This document shows positions 32,431 through 47,361 of a DNA stretch of 64,000 bases, piece after piece (position 1 is the first letter of the stretch; the number at the start of each line of letters is the position of its first letter). Where the stretch lies: assembly GCF_902459465.1 (NCBI RefSeq), contig NC_047074.1, forward strand, positions 2,542,001 through 2,606,000, read 5' to 3'. Under the pieces are notes generated by a model. The model was not told the DNA's origin and searched no databases. It worked only from the letters and a program-made list of their open reading frames with translations. Source of the DNA: Asterias rubens (Eukaryota). A program made the position numbers and the translations under genes.

Positions 32431-32587
32431 GACGCAGCCTGGGTCACCGAACAAATTCGCTTTCGCGAAAAGAACGAGACATCGACAAAAGCCTCTTAAA
32501 AACAATACAGACGCGGCCTGGGTCACCGAACAAATTCGCTTTCGCGAAAAGAACGAGACATCGACAAAAGCCTCTTAAAACAATACA
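32431..32587. repeat. Recent 79-bp tandem duplication
   Basis: Two near-identical units starting gacgc(a/g)gcctgggtcaccgaac; one substitution and one 1-bp indel. Confidence 0.95.
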
Positions 32588-33289
32588 ATATACTTTGAAT
32601 TGCTAATAGCAAGTCACTGTTTGTACAACAACTGCAAATCACCCGTGGGTTTGTGTGTACATATTCTTTAAATAATAAACAGCAGCGAGTTATTGAGTGC
32701 CTTTTGCTTAGAGACAACTTAATTAGGGCTACGTTTCCGTCCAACCTATTTTGAGTACAAAGGACACATCTCAGTTATACAGTGTAGTAAGTGTGCGTAA
32801 ACAGAGGATATAAGGTTAGAAGTGTCACACCAACAAACGGTGTCAACGAACAGATTGACAATAGTCAGGAAATAATTTAATTGAAAATGTCAAAAACCAT
32901 CACTGAGGATAAGGCCGCACTTAGTATATTCTTTCTGCGTGGACATAATTATACAAAACTCCCTCTGGATTTTCAGCGACAACTCAGCGATATCTCAAAA
33001 CGATATCTCGAACGGTTTAAAAAAGCAAAAGTATACTTTGCTTCAACTGTTCTATTTGATTTAACTTGTATAGCCCGTACCTCAACTAGCACTCTGGCCT
33101 TATTTTTTTTTCGTTTAAAGGGTCTGTATGCGTTTGGTAATGACTCTGAAATTTAAAGGCAATACAAAACTTACGTCGATAGAAGTACCGTAATTTGGAT
33201 AGTGTATTATAAAACATTTTGAGAAACATTTCACTTCGAACTGCTGCGGTTCCGGACAAATATATATCTTTTAATCCCCAAAATTTGGT

Positions 33290-33520
33290 GCTGTGTAACG
33301 CATCTAAAGAACCCAGTGCACTTATCGAAAAGAGAAGGGGGTTCGCCCCGGTGTTCCTGGCTGCTGTATGCGCCGTAGCACACTGTAAACCTTTCTCAAT
33401 AATTGGGTCTCGGAATTCATCACTGCAATAACCTATCTTTCTGAAAGTTTCTATATACTCAGCGCCTTGAGTACCTCAAATGGTAGATACGTGCGCTATA
33501 TCAGACTTCGATATTATTAC
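33290..33520 (+). mobile_element. 5-prime-truncated Deu-domain SINE
   Basis: aaagaacccagtgcacttatcgaaaagagaagggggttcgccccggtgttcctgg...gtgcgctatatcagacttcgatattat; matches 40405-40792. Confidence 0.8.
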
Positions 33521-33783
33521 ACACTATCTGCTCCAGATTTTCGAAAATATCTCAAAAGTGGCACCAACTTTTGAAATGAATTTTTCACAGGTTGTAGTTG
33601 TATGGTATCTACAGCTATTGATATAGGAGAGAAACAGTGGGTTCCAATACAAGGCACTTTTTTAAATACTTTTTATAGACACGAAGTGTGGCATTTGCAA
33701 ACCAAGGGACATCTGGTCATCCACTTTTGAATAATACTAGGCGTTCCCCATGAGCTTAGTAACATACTTTACTTCTTGCTTTT

Positions 33784-34148
33784 TTCTTCCTTAAAATCAT
33801 GATGATGTGGGGATTCAAGTGACGTATATGTTTCTAGTCCAGCAACAAATCTGAAGGCTTAACTTGACATCTTTCAAAGATCAGTATTCTCACTCGGTGA
33901 ATCCCAACATGCATAAAATAACTAGTCTCTGAAAATTTTGACTTAATTGGTCATCGCAGTTGCCAGTGAAAACTGAAAGAAGAAAAAAACAACCAATGGG
34001 CGTCCGGTCAACCACTCCTAACTAATACATAGGCTTTCCCCCTATAGCTTTACTAACCTACTTTACTGTTTTGTTCTTCCTTTAAATCCTGATGATGTGG
34101 GATTCAAGTGACGTGTTTGTAGTCCAACAACAAATCCGAAGGCTTAAC
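33784..34148. repeat. ~80-bp direct repeats ~290 bp apart
   Basis: ttcttcctt(a/t)aaatc(a/c)tgatgatgtgggattcaagtgacgt..agtcca(g/a)caacaaatc(t/c)gaaggcttaac at 33784-33864 and 34074-34148. Confidence 0.8.
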
Positions 34149-36248
34149 CGGAGATCAGTGAGGTCGTACGGGACGCCGTAAGTGCCAGTCAAATAGACCA
34201 GGGGGGAATCGAGTCGTGTGTGAGAATTATCTTGTTGTTGGCGATGGATTGTTTTCTAGGGTATATAGGTTTATCCTGTCAGACTGGACAAACAGGTTTT
34301 GCTATTCCCCACTCGATGCATTTGACAGGTTTAAAGGGTTAAGAGGAGCCTGAACTGGCATCTTGAAGACATCCACGAGAGGATACCAAACTTAGCGGAA
34401 CTGGAGGACAAGTTTTATAGAAGTGGGAAGAAAGTTTTCCGGAATTTTGTTTTCAGCAAAGATGGATACCACTCTATAGACTATGATTGCTTTGACGTCA
34501 CACAAGTCTCCTGTCTCTGCATGTGTTCTGCCATTTTGAGAGTCGAATAGACTGTGATCTTATAAGCGCATGACGTCATTAAGACGCCTTGTGTTAGATG
34601 ACAAAGGAAGGTTGCTCTTTGGCTCGTCCTGTGCTTTGAACACTTCGAAACGAATTTGTTCATATTCTTGAAAATTAATTGTTCGAAAAATATACGGCCT
34701 TTTTAATTTTTACTTTCATATCATTTCAAGGCTTTCAAATCTTATACACAATATTTAATGTGAAACTTTAGATCGCTAGGTGGCAGCAGACTGACAGGTA
34801 AACCTTTTTGGGAGCATTAGGGCACACTCGGACGTCATCAGTAGAAAAAAAACACGTGTTACGTCGGAGGGTTAACTTTTTATATAACAACTCTAGCCAC
34901 TTAATGTGATTTCATGTCAATACCATTGGAGTTTGCATTTTATTAATCTGTAATCTGACACAGCTACCTCCGGGTAACGACCATGCGGAGGCGGAAGCCA
35001 CACCAACGTAATAACACAACAAATACCATCCAAGTTCCGGAGCCCCTCGGTCATTCCCAATAGATCTGCATTGTTTTACCGGGTCCTTTCTTATTACAGG
35101 CTGCACGATTAAAGGGATTTTAATCGTTTCGTAAATCAGGACTTTTTTTCCAGGAGATGAATCCCAACTCATGTTAATGAAGTAATGATATAATTAACCT
35201 CTAGAAGTTTCAGCTTCATTGGTCGTCAGGTTTTTGAGGGGGGGGAGATGCAATTCACAGAGCAATGTTTTCAGGAGTATCGCGTAAATCCTCTGTACAT
35301 GCTAAACTAATGTTCGTCTAAAAAAAAAACATTTGTAGATCAAGTTTTGGCTCTAAAAATGAGTTTTTACTCACTGTGGATAAAGATGTGTGTAATACAT
35401 TTTACCTAAAGAAAGTTCAGCTTTATTAGCCGTCCGGTGGGAAAGGTGAACATCACAGAGCAATGTTTTCAGGAGAGTTGCCTAAATCCGCTAAAAGATT
35501 TTCCTCTCACTGAGACAACATTTTTTTTGTGATTTGTTTTTGTGATTTGTGACTCAATTGGTCGTCGACATTTACTAATTTCTCAAAATCTACATAAAAA
35601 CCTCTGTTCAGCAAATAATATTTTAAGGGAAGCTTTCTACCTTCATTATCTTTAAGACTGTGAAGGTGAATCTGTGGACATTGTGTTTAGTGTCGTACAA
35701 AAGAGTACCCACACCCTTTAAATTAAGTATAAGATAAAATTCTGAGTTATATTGACTTCCCTCCTCAGTTTCACGTCCCCCCGGAAACCCTTCAAGCTTT
35801 GGCGCTGTAAAGAAATCATTACAGGGTCTAATTCCATAGAGCTGCTCAAGCACAGAAAGTAACTAAGCATAACCAAATGTTGGTTACCAAAACAAGGTAA
35901 CCAGCCAAAACACCGTATGTCACATGTGCACTATGTGATTGGTATCCTTCTTATTTGCTATGCAGACAAGTTTTCAGCACTTTTTTCTGCTGAGGAAGCT
36001 CTGTGAAATTGGGCCCTGCCCGGAAAATCTCTATTACAGTGGAATAATCGGTGGGTGTCTTTGATATAAGATATTGTGGTCAAGATGGGGGTGCCATTGG
36101 GTAGCCATTTGATGACCGTTCGTGGTTTACAGCCTGACAACTCGAATCGATATTACTGTTTTGTGACAAGCTTCGGAGGGCAATTTCGCTGGCTAATTCT
36201 GAGGAAGATTGTCCTGGGCCCAATGTCATATAGAACTGCTCAACAAAT

Positions 36249-36584
36249 CACTGGACACTATTGGTAAATACCCAACAAATTATTGTTAGCAAAAAAACAT
36301 ACTTGTTGGTATTCCTCTGATGTAACGTTTTTTTTTAGAAAGAGGTGATTTCTCACTCCAATATTGAAAGGCTTTCAGACCTCAAGTCTTTGAATTTTTT
36401 TGAGGCATCTGAAAGCACACACACTTGTGCTACAATGGTGTTTTTTCTTTCATTATTCTCTTGCAACTTCGATGAATACCAATTGAGTCTAAATTTTCAT
36501 AGATTTGTTATTTTATGCATAGGCCTATGTTAGCATATACAATAAGTGAGAGCACTGGTCTTTGACAATTACTAAAGGTGTCCT
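36249..36584. mobile_element. Degenerate Kolobok-like MITE
   Basis: cactggacactattggtaa..gcatctgaaagcacaca..ctggtctttgacaattactaaaggtgtcct|TTAA. Confidence 0.75.
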
Positions 36585-37119
36585 TTAAGGGCAGTTTTCA
36601 ATATAATAATAATAATAATAATATTAATAATAATAATAATAATAATAATAGCTAATTCTTATATAGCGCATTTCATAACTGAAAGAAATACCAATGCGCT
36701 TAACAAAAAACAAAAGGCAAACAATAAAGCAACCAATAACAAAAAATACGCTAACAAAATATCACTACAGTGGTTTGTGTTTTGACGACAAGTACCCACT
36801 TTGCTAAACATCGATACACGTCTTTATGATCAATCTAAGCACTTTATGAAATACTCCCCTCTGGTTAAATGCTGAGTTGGCCCCTGTTACAGTTCAACTC
36901 ACTTGACTCTTGACCGTTAAAGTGCCCTCAATACAATGGCCGAGCAAAGTGACAAAGTCCAGCGGTAATGTTTAAAACATCGTGACAAAATAACCAAAAC
37001 TTACCTTACCGTGCCGAGATGTTTCAAAAGAACGAACCTCACTTTTGCGATTAGCTCGAGAAAAAAGGTTCATCCTTGCTGGGTTCTCATTCCTTGATTC
37101 TGAGTCCAATTATCATATT

Positions 37120-37520
37120 TCTGTATGAAATAAAAAAGGGCAGTTATAGTTGACACTTCTAAGAAAGGACCCACTATATTCGAGCGCACTCAAATCAGAT
37201 TATGGCGATATAGGTATATGAAATAAAATAAAAGGCCAGTAAATTTGACAAGTTGGGGAAAACATTGGCTATATCTGAGCGCACTCAGCAGGCTTATGGT
37301 ATGAGGTGTTCAATATGAATGAATGGCCAGTAAAGTTGACAAGTTTGGAAAGAAATGTTTTTGAAAACACCCGCTAAATCCTAGCGCACTCAAATCAGAT
37401 TTATGGTATTCAGTGTATGCTATAAAACAAAAGGTCAGTACAGTTGACAAGTTTAAAAAAAATATTTCCACCAAATCCTAGCTCACTCAAATCAGATGAA
37501 TGGTATGGTATTCAGTGCAT
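37120..37520. repeat. Degenerate ~95-bp tandem repeat, ~4 copies
   Basis: Recurring aaaaggccagtaaatttgacaagtt..agcgcactcaaatcagatt(t)atgg. Confidence 0.75.
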
Positions 37521-40404
37521 ACTTAAGGAAGCGAAAGGGCAAAGATTTTACTAATACCGCAAAATTGCAAATGGTCTCAAATTACACTTTGTGTTGATCC
37601 TCATTGGAAATTAGGATCTCCCCTTTAAGCCTGGTTCCGAATCCGGGTTATCCGGTGTAGGGTCCCAGCTGGAACTCTTGGCTCATGGTTTAGTTGTTAT
37701 TCACTGCAAAAGATCCGGATTTTTTTTCCCCAATTTTTACCCATTTCTTCCATTCTTCAAAAGAGGCACATTGCTTTATAAAATATTATAAAAGCGTTTA
37801 TTATGAAATTGGTTGAAATATGTTCTAAAAATACACGACATATATAGAAAAACACGACATGAAGACTTTTGGGCGTCAATAACTTTCAAAAATACAATAC
37901 ATTTAAAACTTAAACTTAAGATATTTAAAATTATTGTCTTGCCCGCACCCCAGAACAAAGAAGACTGAGTGTAACTTTTAAAAACACTCCTCAGTCTGCA
38001 GTTTTTCTCTTATTTTACTGAAAGCGAGTTACGGCACTCTCAAAATGCCCTGTGTTCTTTTATTTACACTTTGTCCAAGCTTTTATCGGACCTATTGGAT
38101 ATGACATTTCAGAAAGATCCCTTAAAACCCCCTGAGCTTTGCACTTCACCTGTTATTATTTTTTAACAAAAAGCAGGTTATTTCTCTCTCAAAATGTCAT
38201 TCATTGTTTCACCTTCCATCTTTATTTAGACGTTGGCGTGTAGCTTTTATCAGACCTATTGGAGATTAAGTTTCAACTCACAGCTTTTTTAAGAAAGCTA
38301 TTTTCAAAACGGAAAAACATTTTGTTTTATAAGATACACGTTTGTCAAAAAGTGTATCTTCTTCGGGAAAGATTAAACGCTCAAAATTGCATATACATTA
38401 TCTTTAGAATGGAAGATAAAACGAGGATTAATTTGAAGTGCTTTGGGGCTGCAACTTTGAAAGGGACTCGATAGTCTTAGATTCGGTACTTTGGGCTATA
38501 AAAGCGTTTGTTATCAAATGGATATGATTGGAAAGACGTTTTAAAGTAAAATAATAAACCACACGTCGTCTTAGACTCGGTGCTTTGGGCTATGAAAAAC
38601 GTTTGTTATAAAAAGACTACGGTTGGAAAGATGTTTTATATATCGGTATGTAGTATACAAATAATGATCAACACAATAATGTCTCAAACCGCTGTAGTCT
38701 TGATGAAATGCCGGTATATAAAACATTTTTGTTTCATATGTATCTTGAAATTGAGTGGTTTTCCTTTGTCTTCGTGAACTTACACGATCCGCCATTGTGT
38801 GGAGTCAAAAACTTCGTTCCATCCAAAATGGCGAAACATGTCATTTTACTGAGGAAAACTACACAAACACAACAACCGCTTTCAAACGCTACCTTAAGCT
38901 GAAATCGCCCAATCCAAAACAATGTGTTTTTTTTTTTTTAAAGCAATGTGTATGGGACCAAACTTAAAGTGGCCACTACAAGAAAGTTCGAATGCGCGCG
39001 ACCGAGACTTGCTCCGTCAAGGACGGTCCTTGTGCCTCGTCTATCGTGGTCAAGTAGTAAGACCACTTGCAGGACTAATTGCAAAGGTTTCAGGTTCGAA
39101 TCCTTCAAGCTCACCACTGATTTCACAATGTGTTGTCGTTTATTACTGAATCACAATTTCTTGATTTGTTGTGCCATTCGTCATATAGACGTAATGACAG
39201 ACATCGGCTGTTGCCAGCTTGGTGTTTATTATCCCCTTGACAGGAAGATCATCTCTAAACAAAACCTGATCCCTCCAATCATGAGCACCGGTGCCAGATA
39301 AATGATATCACTAGAGCGTATTATATGTAATGTCGTGATGTAGGCCCTACCACACCACATAAAAACATAATATACCCCCACCCCCCCCCCCCCCCCCCCC
39401 ATCTGCTCTCTAAGCACACAATCCTAATACAGTAGTCAAACATTCGGATCATCTTTGCTTCGATTTTGACAAATCAAGCGGATAATTTCTCCAAGCGCCA
39501 GGCAGCATTCTAAATAAACTGATACTTTTTATTATACTACGATACCTCTGTGATTGACAGGTATAAGTAATGGATACCGTGCAGCAGTGCCAATGACAAG
39601 CTGAACACATAAACCACATGAAAACAGAGTAGTCTTGGCTCCTTCACCCAGATTTCCAAGGTTGTAAATATTTAAGATCAACTTCTCAAAATGTATTCTT
39701 TTACTAATTGTAAACAACTTTTGTATGTTCATGTAATAGACATATACGCCATGTTTTGTACAGAAAAACATAACAAAAATTGCCTTCCTGTTTACTTTGT
39801 TTGCGACTGTGTGTAAGTTCCTTAATGATTTACACAATTTCCCTGACATGACAACTTGACGCTACAATGTTATAAAAGTTTATTAAACATTTCTGCAACT
39901 AAACAGAAATGACAGCCAGACAAAAAAAAAACTCTGGCTGATGAAATGCACTTGTAAACCGGGCATGCAGTTTCCGCGTCCATCACACTACACTGCAAAA
40001 TAGGATGTTGAAATTTACACCATGGGTGTTGCCACAAATATACCAAAGGGAGAATCAAAGTTAACACTTTGGGGTGTTAAAAAAAAAGACAAATGCAGTT
40101 TTCCAACTTAAAAGTATACAACAACCTGTGAAAAATTAATTTCAAAAGATGGGGTACCGTTTTGAGTTATCGCCGAAAAACCGGAGCAGTTAAATCCACG
40201 TGCAGGAAGAATAATCCGCGTATTTTTAACACACAATCTGAGAAACGTATCTGATAGTAACGTTTCTCAGATGTTGGGTGATAACAACTAATATCTTTGT
40301 CCATAACCACATTACTGCGCAGTGAAATTATTCTGGAAATGCTTTATACCATCGAAACCTGTTGTAAAAAGTAAGTTTTTATTCTCCCTATTTTAAGTGT
40401 GATT

Positions 40405-40792
40405 AACTAACTAATATCGAAGTCTTATATAGCGCACGTATCTACCAAACAAGGTACTCAAGGCGCTGAGTATATACAAACTTTCAGAACGATAGGTTAT
40501 TGCAGTGATGAATTCTGAGACCCAATTATTTAGCACCTTATAAGGGTTTACAAGGTGCTCCGGCGCATTAAGCAGCCACAACCAGGAACACCGGGGCGAA
40601 CCCCTTCTCTTTTCGATAAGTGCACTGGGTTCTTTTACATGCGTTACACAACACATGGAACCAACGGCTTTACGTCCCATCCGAAGGACGAAGCAATGGT
40701 TAAGTGTCTTGCTCAAGGACACAGTGTCACGGCTGGGGATTCGAACCCACACTCTGCTGATCAGAAACACCAGAGTTTGAATTCGGTGCACT
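40405..40792 (-). mobile_element. Near full-length tRNA-head Deu-domain SINE with an L2-like tail
   Basis: Minus strand: B box gggttcgaatcc, gtgtccttgagcaagacacttaacc, cgtccttcggatgggacgtaaagccg, gaacccagtgcacttatcgaaaagagaagggg..ccccggtgttcctgg (resembles the DeuSINE central domain), tail gcgctatataagac. Confidence 0.8.
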
Positions 40793-41214
40793 TTACCTTC
40801 CCTTCAAGTGACTATATGTTTACAACACTACAACTAAACCATGCACAAACTCGATATTCAAACTCGATACATTTCAACCAAATTCAATTAAAGGAGCTAC
40901 AAGAGTCTGAATAACACTCCACTCAAACTAATCATGGCAAGCTTTTGTGCTAAACACTGTTGCCCAGCAACCAAAACCCAACCATACTGCTTGTTTTTGA
41001 AACATAAACTTGATTTCCCCCGAGTCAGAATTTCACACCTTTTTTGACAGAGAGTTGGATGTTGTTGCCATACGATTATTTATGGGAATAATTTTGATAG
41101 TGGAAGCAAAATAACCGAGCTGTATATCAAAGGGTATAGTATATATAGGCCCGTTTGTAACGAAGTTGTACAGGGGTTTTCTATTGCTTCGTCATTGATA
41201 AAATATAGGGTGCT

Positions 41215-41400
41215 CGGGTTGGCGTACAGACCTATATATCCTTCCTCACCTTCCACCTCCAGGACCCCGGTTCGAATCACGCCGAGGGCACTATTAGGGT
41301 TCAGTTTTCTGTCTCGTATACCTGACTGTTAGGGTTTTCCCTAGCTTTTGGGTGTTTTCCTCCCACATCTACAATCGAAACTTCTTTGTCCTTTCTCCAT
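41215..41400 (+). mobile_element. Meta/V-domain-like tRNA SINE
   Basis: ccccggttcgaatcac (B box)..cctgactg..ggttttccct..gttttcctcccacatcta. Confidence 0.55.
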
Positions 41401-43381
41401 AGGGTTCAGTGGCCAATGTTTAAGCTCGCTATTCCGAGTCATTGAAAAAAATTAAAGCATTACGTAAACGAAATAACATCATGAGTCGGGACATCACATA
41501 TTTTTTGTCCCAGACCATGCAAACTCACACGGTGTTTTAGACGTAAAATGTACCTTTTATGTGAAGATCATCTAAACAAACGTATAAACAGACAAACAAA
41601 CATACGTGACAAGCAGACGGAGACCGGAGCTGGAAACGGAGCCTATCTTATAAGCTGAAGTCAAAAAAACAAAAATGAATTATTTCCACTCAATGAAAGA
41701 CGTAATGACACGTTCAACATCCATTTACTGTCAGATGCAACTTTATTGAAGCCCAATTAACGTCAAAGAATCATGTCATACCCCGAAGTCAAGTTCCTTC
41801 AAAATTAAATGACCGACCCTATACAAACTGCTATGTTTCTGAGCACCGTCCCTATATGCCAGATTTTGTTGACTTTTTTGTGTGTTCTATCCTTCGATAA
41901 CTGTATATTGAACTTTGTTCTTTGCCTAATCGCCCGTGCGTCTAGAACATCAATCATGAAGGGGTTGATTTTGATCAGAAACATTATACAAAATAACTCG
42001 TCACGACGGCAACGCAGTTTTAATAAATCCCCGTTGCATTGCTTGTGAAAGTTTTTTCGATTACATTTAATCGTGGTGATGTATTTTCAAACGGTTTCTA
42101 GGCAGGGGAAATATTAAACTATATGAGGGATCATGCTTGCAATGATGGAGGCTTGTCTATCTTGGGAGCGGGTTGTTGGTTAGATGCGTTTATATTTTTG
42201 CAGGTATATGTCTTAACACGTACTCGAGTTTCTTAATAAAGATCTTGTATGACTTGGCTTTCAAGCTGCACATCAATTCTTAATTTTGGAGGAAAAACGA
42301 ACAAGCTCTCACATTTCAATGTTCGCTCTTCATGAAATGGAAATTTGCTTTGTTGAATACGCTCATAACGGTAACAATATTTGTAAAATAACAGAACGGG
42401 TACATGCCCTGGTTATCTCCATCATCATTATTTGATCATCCCGTCACTCATCCGAAACGAATCGGTTCGGCATGAGTTGCTAATACAGCAATTATATCTC
42501 ACTCCCGTCTTTCAACACCGAAACCCATGCCCCAGCTGTAAAGCCTTGCTATGTATTAAAACGCGACCTTTTACAGATCAGATCGTAGTTATAAACATCA
42601 AATCAACAATATTATTCTTGTTTGTCACTTGCATGTTTGTTTTGCCATTTTTTTTTTTTTTTCTACAGCACTTTCCCTGAATGTTAAACCACTGTCTTTC
42701 TGGCTCTGATAAATTAAGAGCAAATATGATAAGTGGCAATAATAGTTGAAAATGAATCAATCAACTATGGTGCAACTGACTCGAGCTAGTTTTGACAGGT
42801 TTAGAATTCCTAGAATGGGGAAGTCTCGATTTTATCACTGTAACTGTAACACGAACTGTAGAAGTAGATTTGTTTTAATGTCTCTAAAGTAACGTAGTTT
42901 TTATTTTAGTAATTAGAGGGAATTTCTAACTGAGCTATTTGAATCTGAGAAATATTTCATGCCTGAAGCCTTTTGCAGGCGTCTGAAAGATGTGCAACAA
43001 TGGTGTTTTTTATTTAATTCTTACAACTTGTTTACATATCTTTAATTTCATGCATAGTGTTGGGATACGGTACACCAAGTGAGAATACTTATATATAGTG
43101 TTTGACCATGACCAAACGTGTACAGGTGCCTTTAAATGGGTCGAGTTGAAAATAATACACTCACGAAAACAGCCCTTCTGTGAGCAGTTTAACAGGGAGT
43201 TCAAAACGATACAGTCACGAAATCACAGCCCGGTCGTGACGTCACACCGGTGAGTCAATGTTTTCTAAACTTGACCAGGAACATCTTGGGGCTTTTTACG
43301 TGGGAATATTTCCCAATAACATCGCTAGAATGTTTACCATTAATTAGTTTTGGCGCCTCGGAGAGGGCCCTCCAAAAGCAA

Positions 43382-43781
43382 TGAAGTGCCTTGACGACTG
43401 CATCAGCGAGGGATAAACAAAATACAGGTTTGTGTGCCAAGACGTTATAATGTAATGTATTCGACTTGCGAGTATGTTTACAGTAGCAGCTGTCTGGAAA
43501 ATTAGTTTTGAGTTTATTGCAATAGTTTGGATTTCAGGAGGTAAACCACGTCTCCGTTTTTCATTCGGTTGCACTGGAAAAACTGGCAACTGTCTTAAAA
43601 TTGCCAACATGGGTGTTTTCACAGGCACCAAAAAAATAAAGAATCAAAGTTTACATCATTTACACTGTACCAATATGAAGAGTAAAACTCACACCAATAG
43701 CAGTGAAGTGCATGGACGACTGCATCAGCGAGGGGGATAGCAAAATACAGGTTTGTGTGCCAAGACGTTATAATGCAATGT
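43382..43781. repeat. Decayed ~320-bp duplication with an ~80-bp well-conserved block
   Basis: tgaagtgc..gacgactgcatcagcgaggg..caaaatacaggtttgtgtgccaagacgttataatg at 43382-43460 and 43704-43781. Confidence 0.8.
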
Positions 43782-45674
43782 ACCCCACTTAGCGTTTATT
43801 TGAGGCATTAGTTTGGTTTTCAGCAGGTAATCAATTCTCGTTCGGTTACTCTGCAAGAACCGGGGTCTTCAAATGGTCACAATGGATGGTGCCATAATAT
43901 AGATACCGAAAACAAAACACCGAAAAAACCTTTACAGGTCGTTGGTTCAAGTCCCGCTCTCGTCAACTTTTTTTTTTTAAACCTGAATTGATTGAAATCA
44001 ACTCCGTCAATTTCCCGTGTTCAGAGTAATACTTAATGTGATGAAATGAAGTTAGAATGTAAATAAAACCACATTGTTTACCGGTATCGAAATATTCCGA
44101 CACAGATGAGGTCCATCCATCCTCCCATGAACCCGCAAGAACAAAACCACAAACTTATTCAATTTGATCTCTTAATAACATCTCTGCTCATCTCTCTCAC
44201 GTCGTCAAGACACTATTTTTTTATGAGATGTAAATAATATCCACTGAGCCCGTCGTTAAAATTTTGAAGTACCGTGTTTAGTTCCGAACGAGACGGATTT
44301 GACTCGGCCGATGTTTTTAAGGAGTCTCCGGTATCAATGTTCCTTGTTGAGTGGGAGTGAATACCGTTGTTTGCCCTCAAGTAAATCTGTCATCTTCTTC
44401 CTATTATTTCCCTTTCGGAACTATTTTTAAACTTGATGGTTTAATTCCGCAAATAAAAGTGGTTTCATCAGAAATGTATACGGTCAAAATAGGGCATTAT
44501 GTATCCCCTTGTTCCCAAAGTGCCACCATGCGGTCCCGTTGAAAAATCAAAGTACTTGGTTGAACTATAAAAGCAAGGATCCTTGCTACACGTCTGAATC
44601 GGACACAGTTTTTCAAATGGGACGACATGTGATCCCCTGTAGGAAATTCAATGTACTGCGTCGAATTCGATACTGTACAATTCCCGTTGTTTCCAGTGTT
44701 GTCTTTGTATAGTGTTACTAAACTTTATAATATCTTGAATTTCGTGCATCTTATAGAAACATCTATCACTGGCAGGGAAATGAACCCAGAAAAGAACGGG
44801 TTCAAAACAAACATATTTAATGTCGGCCAGGACGGGCCTGCTCGTCAGACTCGAGTCATGATGGCTGTATCGCCGGGGTTGAGGTTCGAATCCAGATCAT
44901 GAAACTTCTGTCATTGACACTAAGTTTGAATCCGCCTTTACCATTTTAGAGCCGAAGTCTTATCACTACACTAAATAGCTTGCCCGATAGCTTGCCCGAT
45001 AGCTTGCCCGATAAAAGATAATATACTTCTTGTACACAGTGCTTGAATAAACAGTGCCTAATGTTGTACTGGTGAAACACAACTAATAAAGTAAAACTAA
45101 ATCTAATAACCATATAGTAAAAATCTGACGCAAGCCAGAACCATTATAATAATGGTCAACCTAATTTCCGTTTGTTCTCAATTAGTTTTGTTGTTTTTGT
45201 GGTTGACAAACATCAAACCCGAAAAAGTTAATATTGATCTTTGGTATAGCAAACTAGATACTATACACAAGGTGTGATGTCATGATAAAAAAAAACCGCT
45301 AAAGCAATTATTAGCGGATTCGTAAAGATGGATTGCAAATGACGTCACTGACCGCCATCTTAATAGTAAGAACCATTTTTGAAAATGTGCATGCGCACGA
45401 TTCTAAGCCAATGACTATCACAGTGAGTATCATTCGTGCACAATTCATCGATGATGGCGGCCAATGCAAGGGGTATAACATGAATCGTTTAGACAGTGCC
45501 AACTGAACGACTTCGCCTTTCACTGTTATGGCTATTGTTATGCAAGTCGCCATACACACAATGCCTGAAGGCCGCTTCAAGATGAGGGCTACTTGTTCCG
45601 GGGGGGGGGGGGGGGGGGCGTTGAAACAGGGTTACCCTTTGCAGTCCATGTAGGCTCGGAGACCATCGATCAGA

Positions 45675-45815
45675 CTCCTGGCAGAAAGCACAACCTCCCC
45701 AACTTTTACGAAGCAATCATCATAGTTAAGTGTCTTGCTTACATTACGGACACAAGTTTCACGACCGGGACTCGAACTCACACTCTGTTGATAGAACACA
45801 AGAGCTTGGCCATGA
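45675..45815 (-). mobile_element. Deu-family SINE head fragment
   Basis: ttacgaagcaatcatcatagttaagtgtcttgct..gggactcgaactcacactctg, similar to 40680-40760. Confidence 0.6.
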
Positions 45816-47361
45816 CACATCGACGATTTTGCGCTAGATTCCTTTTTAATCTGACTATGCTGCCTGTATTAAGCCAGCAACCTGTTATTGGCCCTATAAC
45901 ATTGTGTGTCTTTGCTGATATCGAGCTCCGTCTGATCGCCCATAAATCGTCAGCTATAATCTTCACACTTGGTATTTTCTTCCTGTGCTGTAACCTACAT
46001 ATTTATTGGTTTGACATGACGGTATTGAGACGTCGCAAACTTCTTTCCTAGAGAGTGGATAACATTCGTTTGCTGACAGGTAAATGGGTCATACAGAGAC
46101 TCAATATGAAATAATGTTCACAGTCCCTAAAGCCCCTTGAGGACGAGGTTACAATATGCTTAGCAACCACTGACGCAGTCGTCAAGTTACATGTTTTTCC
46201 CGCCACTCTGGATTGTTCGCGCCATAATATGAAGTAATGCAGCACAATGTAGACATGCAAAGACCGCTTGAGGCACGAGGATTGTATCCTCGCCAAAATG
46301 AGAAGTCAAGTAACAGCTTGAAGCAGGAGTCATTGTTTAGAGGGGATGTCTGTGTAATGTTATAGAAGGTGACTTATCTTTAGCTCATGATGGATTCTCA
46401 GGGTATGGATCTGACTCAAAAGTATTTGAAACGGAGGTGTTGTTTCCCCAACGTTCTCATCATCGTTATTAAGTTCTCGTTGTTGGGATGAGATGATTTT
46501 ACATGAGATGGCTTGTTAAGTTGCAAAGCCCTCAAATGTTTCCACAACCTAAAAACGGGTGTATTTTACTCGTTTCTTATTATAGGTCTAATGATCATCT
46601 TGTTTATAAGCCAATATTGTAAGACCATGTCGGACAATAGATAATAAGTTTAATATAAAAATCGGTCTTTTAAAACAGTGTCTCAGAGTTTGTCTCACCC
46701 CGTTTATTTCGTTCACTGTCACATTCTGGCAGAATTATTGCCACAGGCCAAAAAAAAAACCCAGAAGCGTAACGTGTTTTTCAGAATAACAAGAACCACT
46801 ATTGCTTTACACGCAATTAACCATCAACCCAAACAACCCGTGTTTGGCTTTACTACGCTCAAATGGGCTTTAATCGTGTCCCAACCTCATCATTTTACCG
46901 TCTGCTCGAAAACCACAACTCCAAAGCAATTGGAGCAGACAGAACGTACGTAAAAACTCGGCTGCGAAAACACTCACCAGTTTGGGACGGCTTGCAATTA
47001 TCACCCTTCATATTATTCAAGCAATTGTATACACCAAATAATGTTATTCTCTTAAAATGTTTTTTGGTTTAAAAATAAGAACGAGGGCGTCATTAAGTTT
47101 AATTTAATTTAATAAGATAGCGTAGTCTGCTATAGTACCCACACTTGGCTTTAACCGTGTTTCCAATTAAGTTTTATCATTTATATATTACTGTTTAGTC
47201 ACAATACTTGTCAACTATTAATTTCACAGTTTTCAGTCGCCGTACAATAATATTCTGAAGATGGTAATTAATGATTGTACAAGAAGTTCATGTACGTGAG
47301 CTCACTGGGAAGATGTCTTCAATAGACTACCTCAATCATCAGAAGACGCGGTCAGGTTTAA

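Noticed and set aside
33795-33858. C/D-box snoRNA-like spacing (ATGATGA..CTGA)
   Set aside because: No proper terminal stem, not in a known intron, no recognised guide, and the duplicate at 34085 has lost both boxes.
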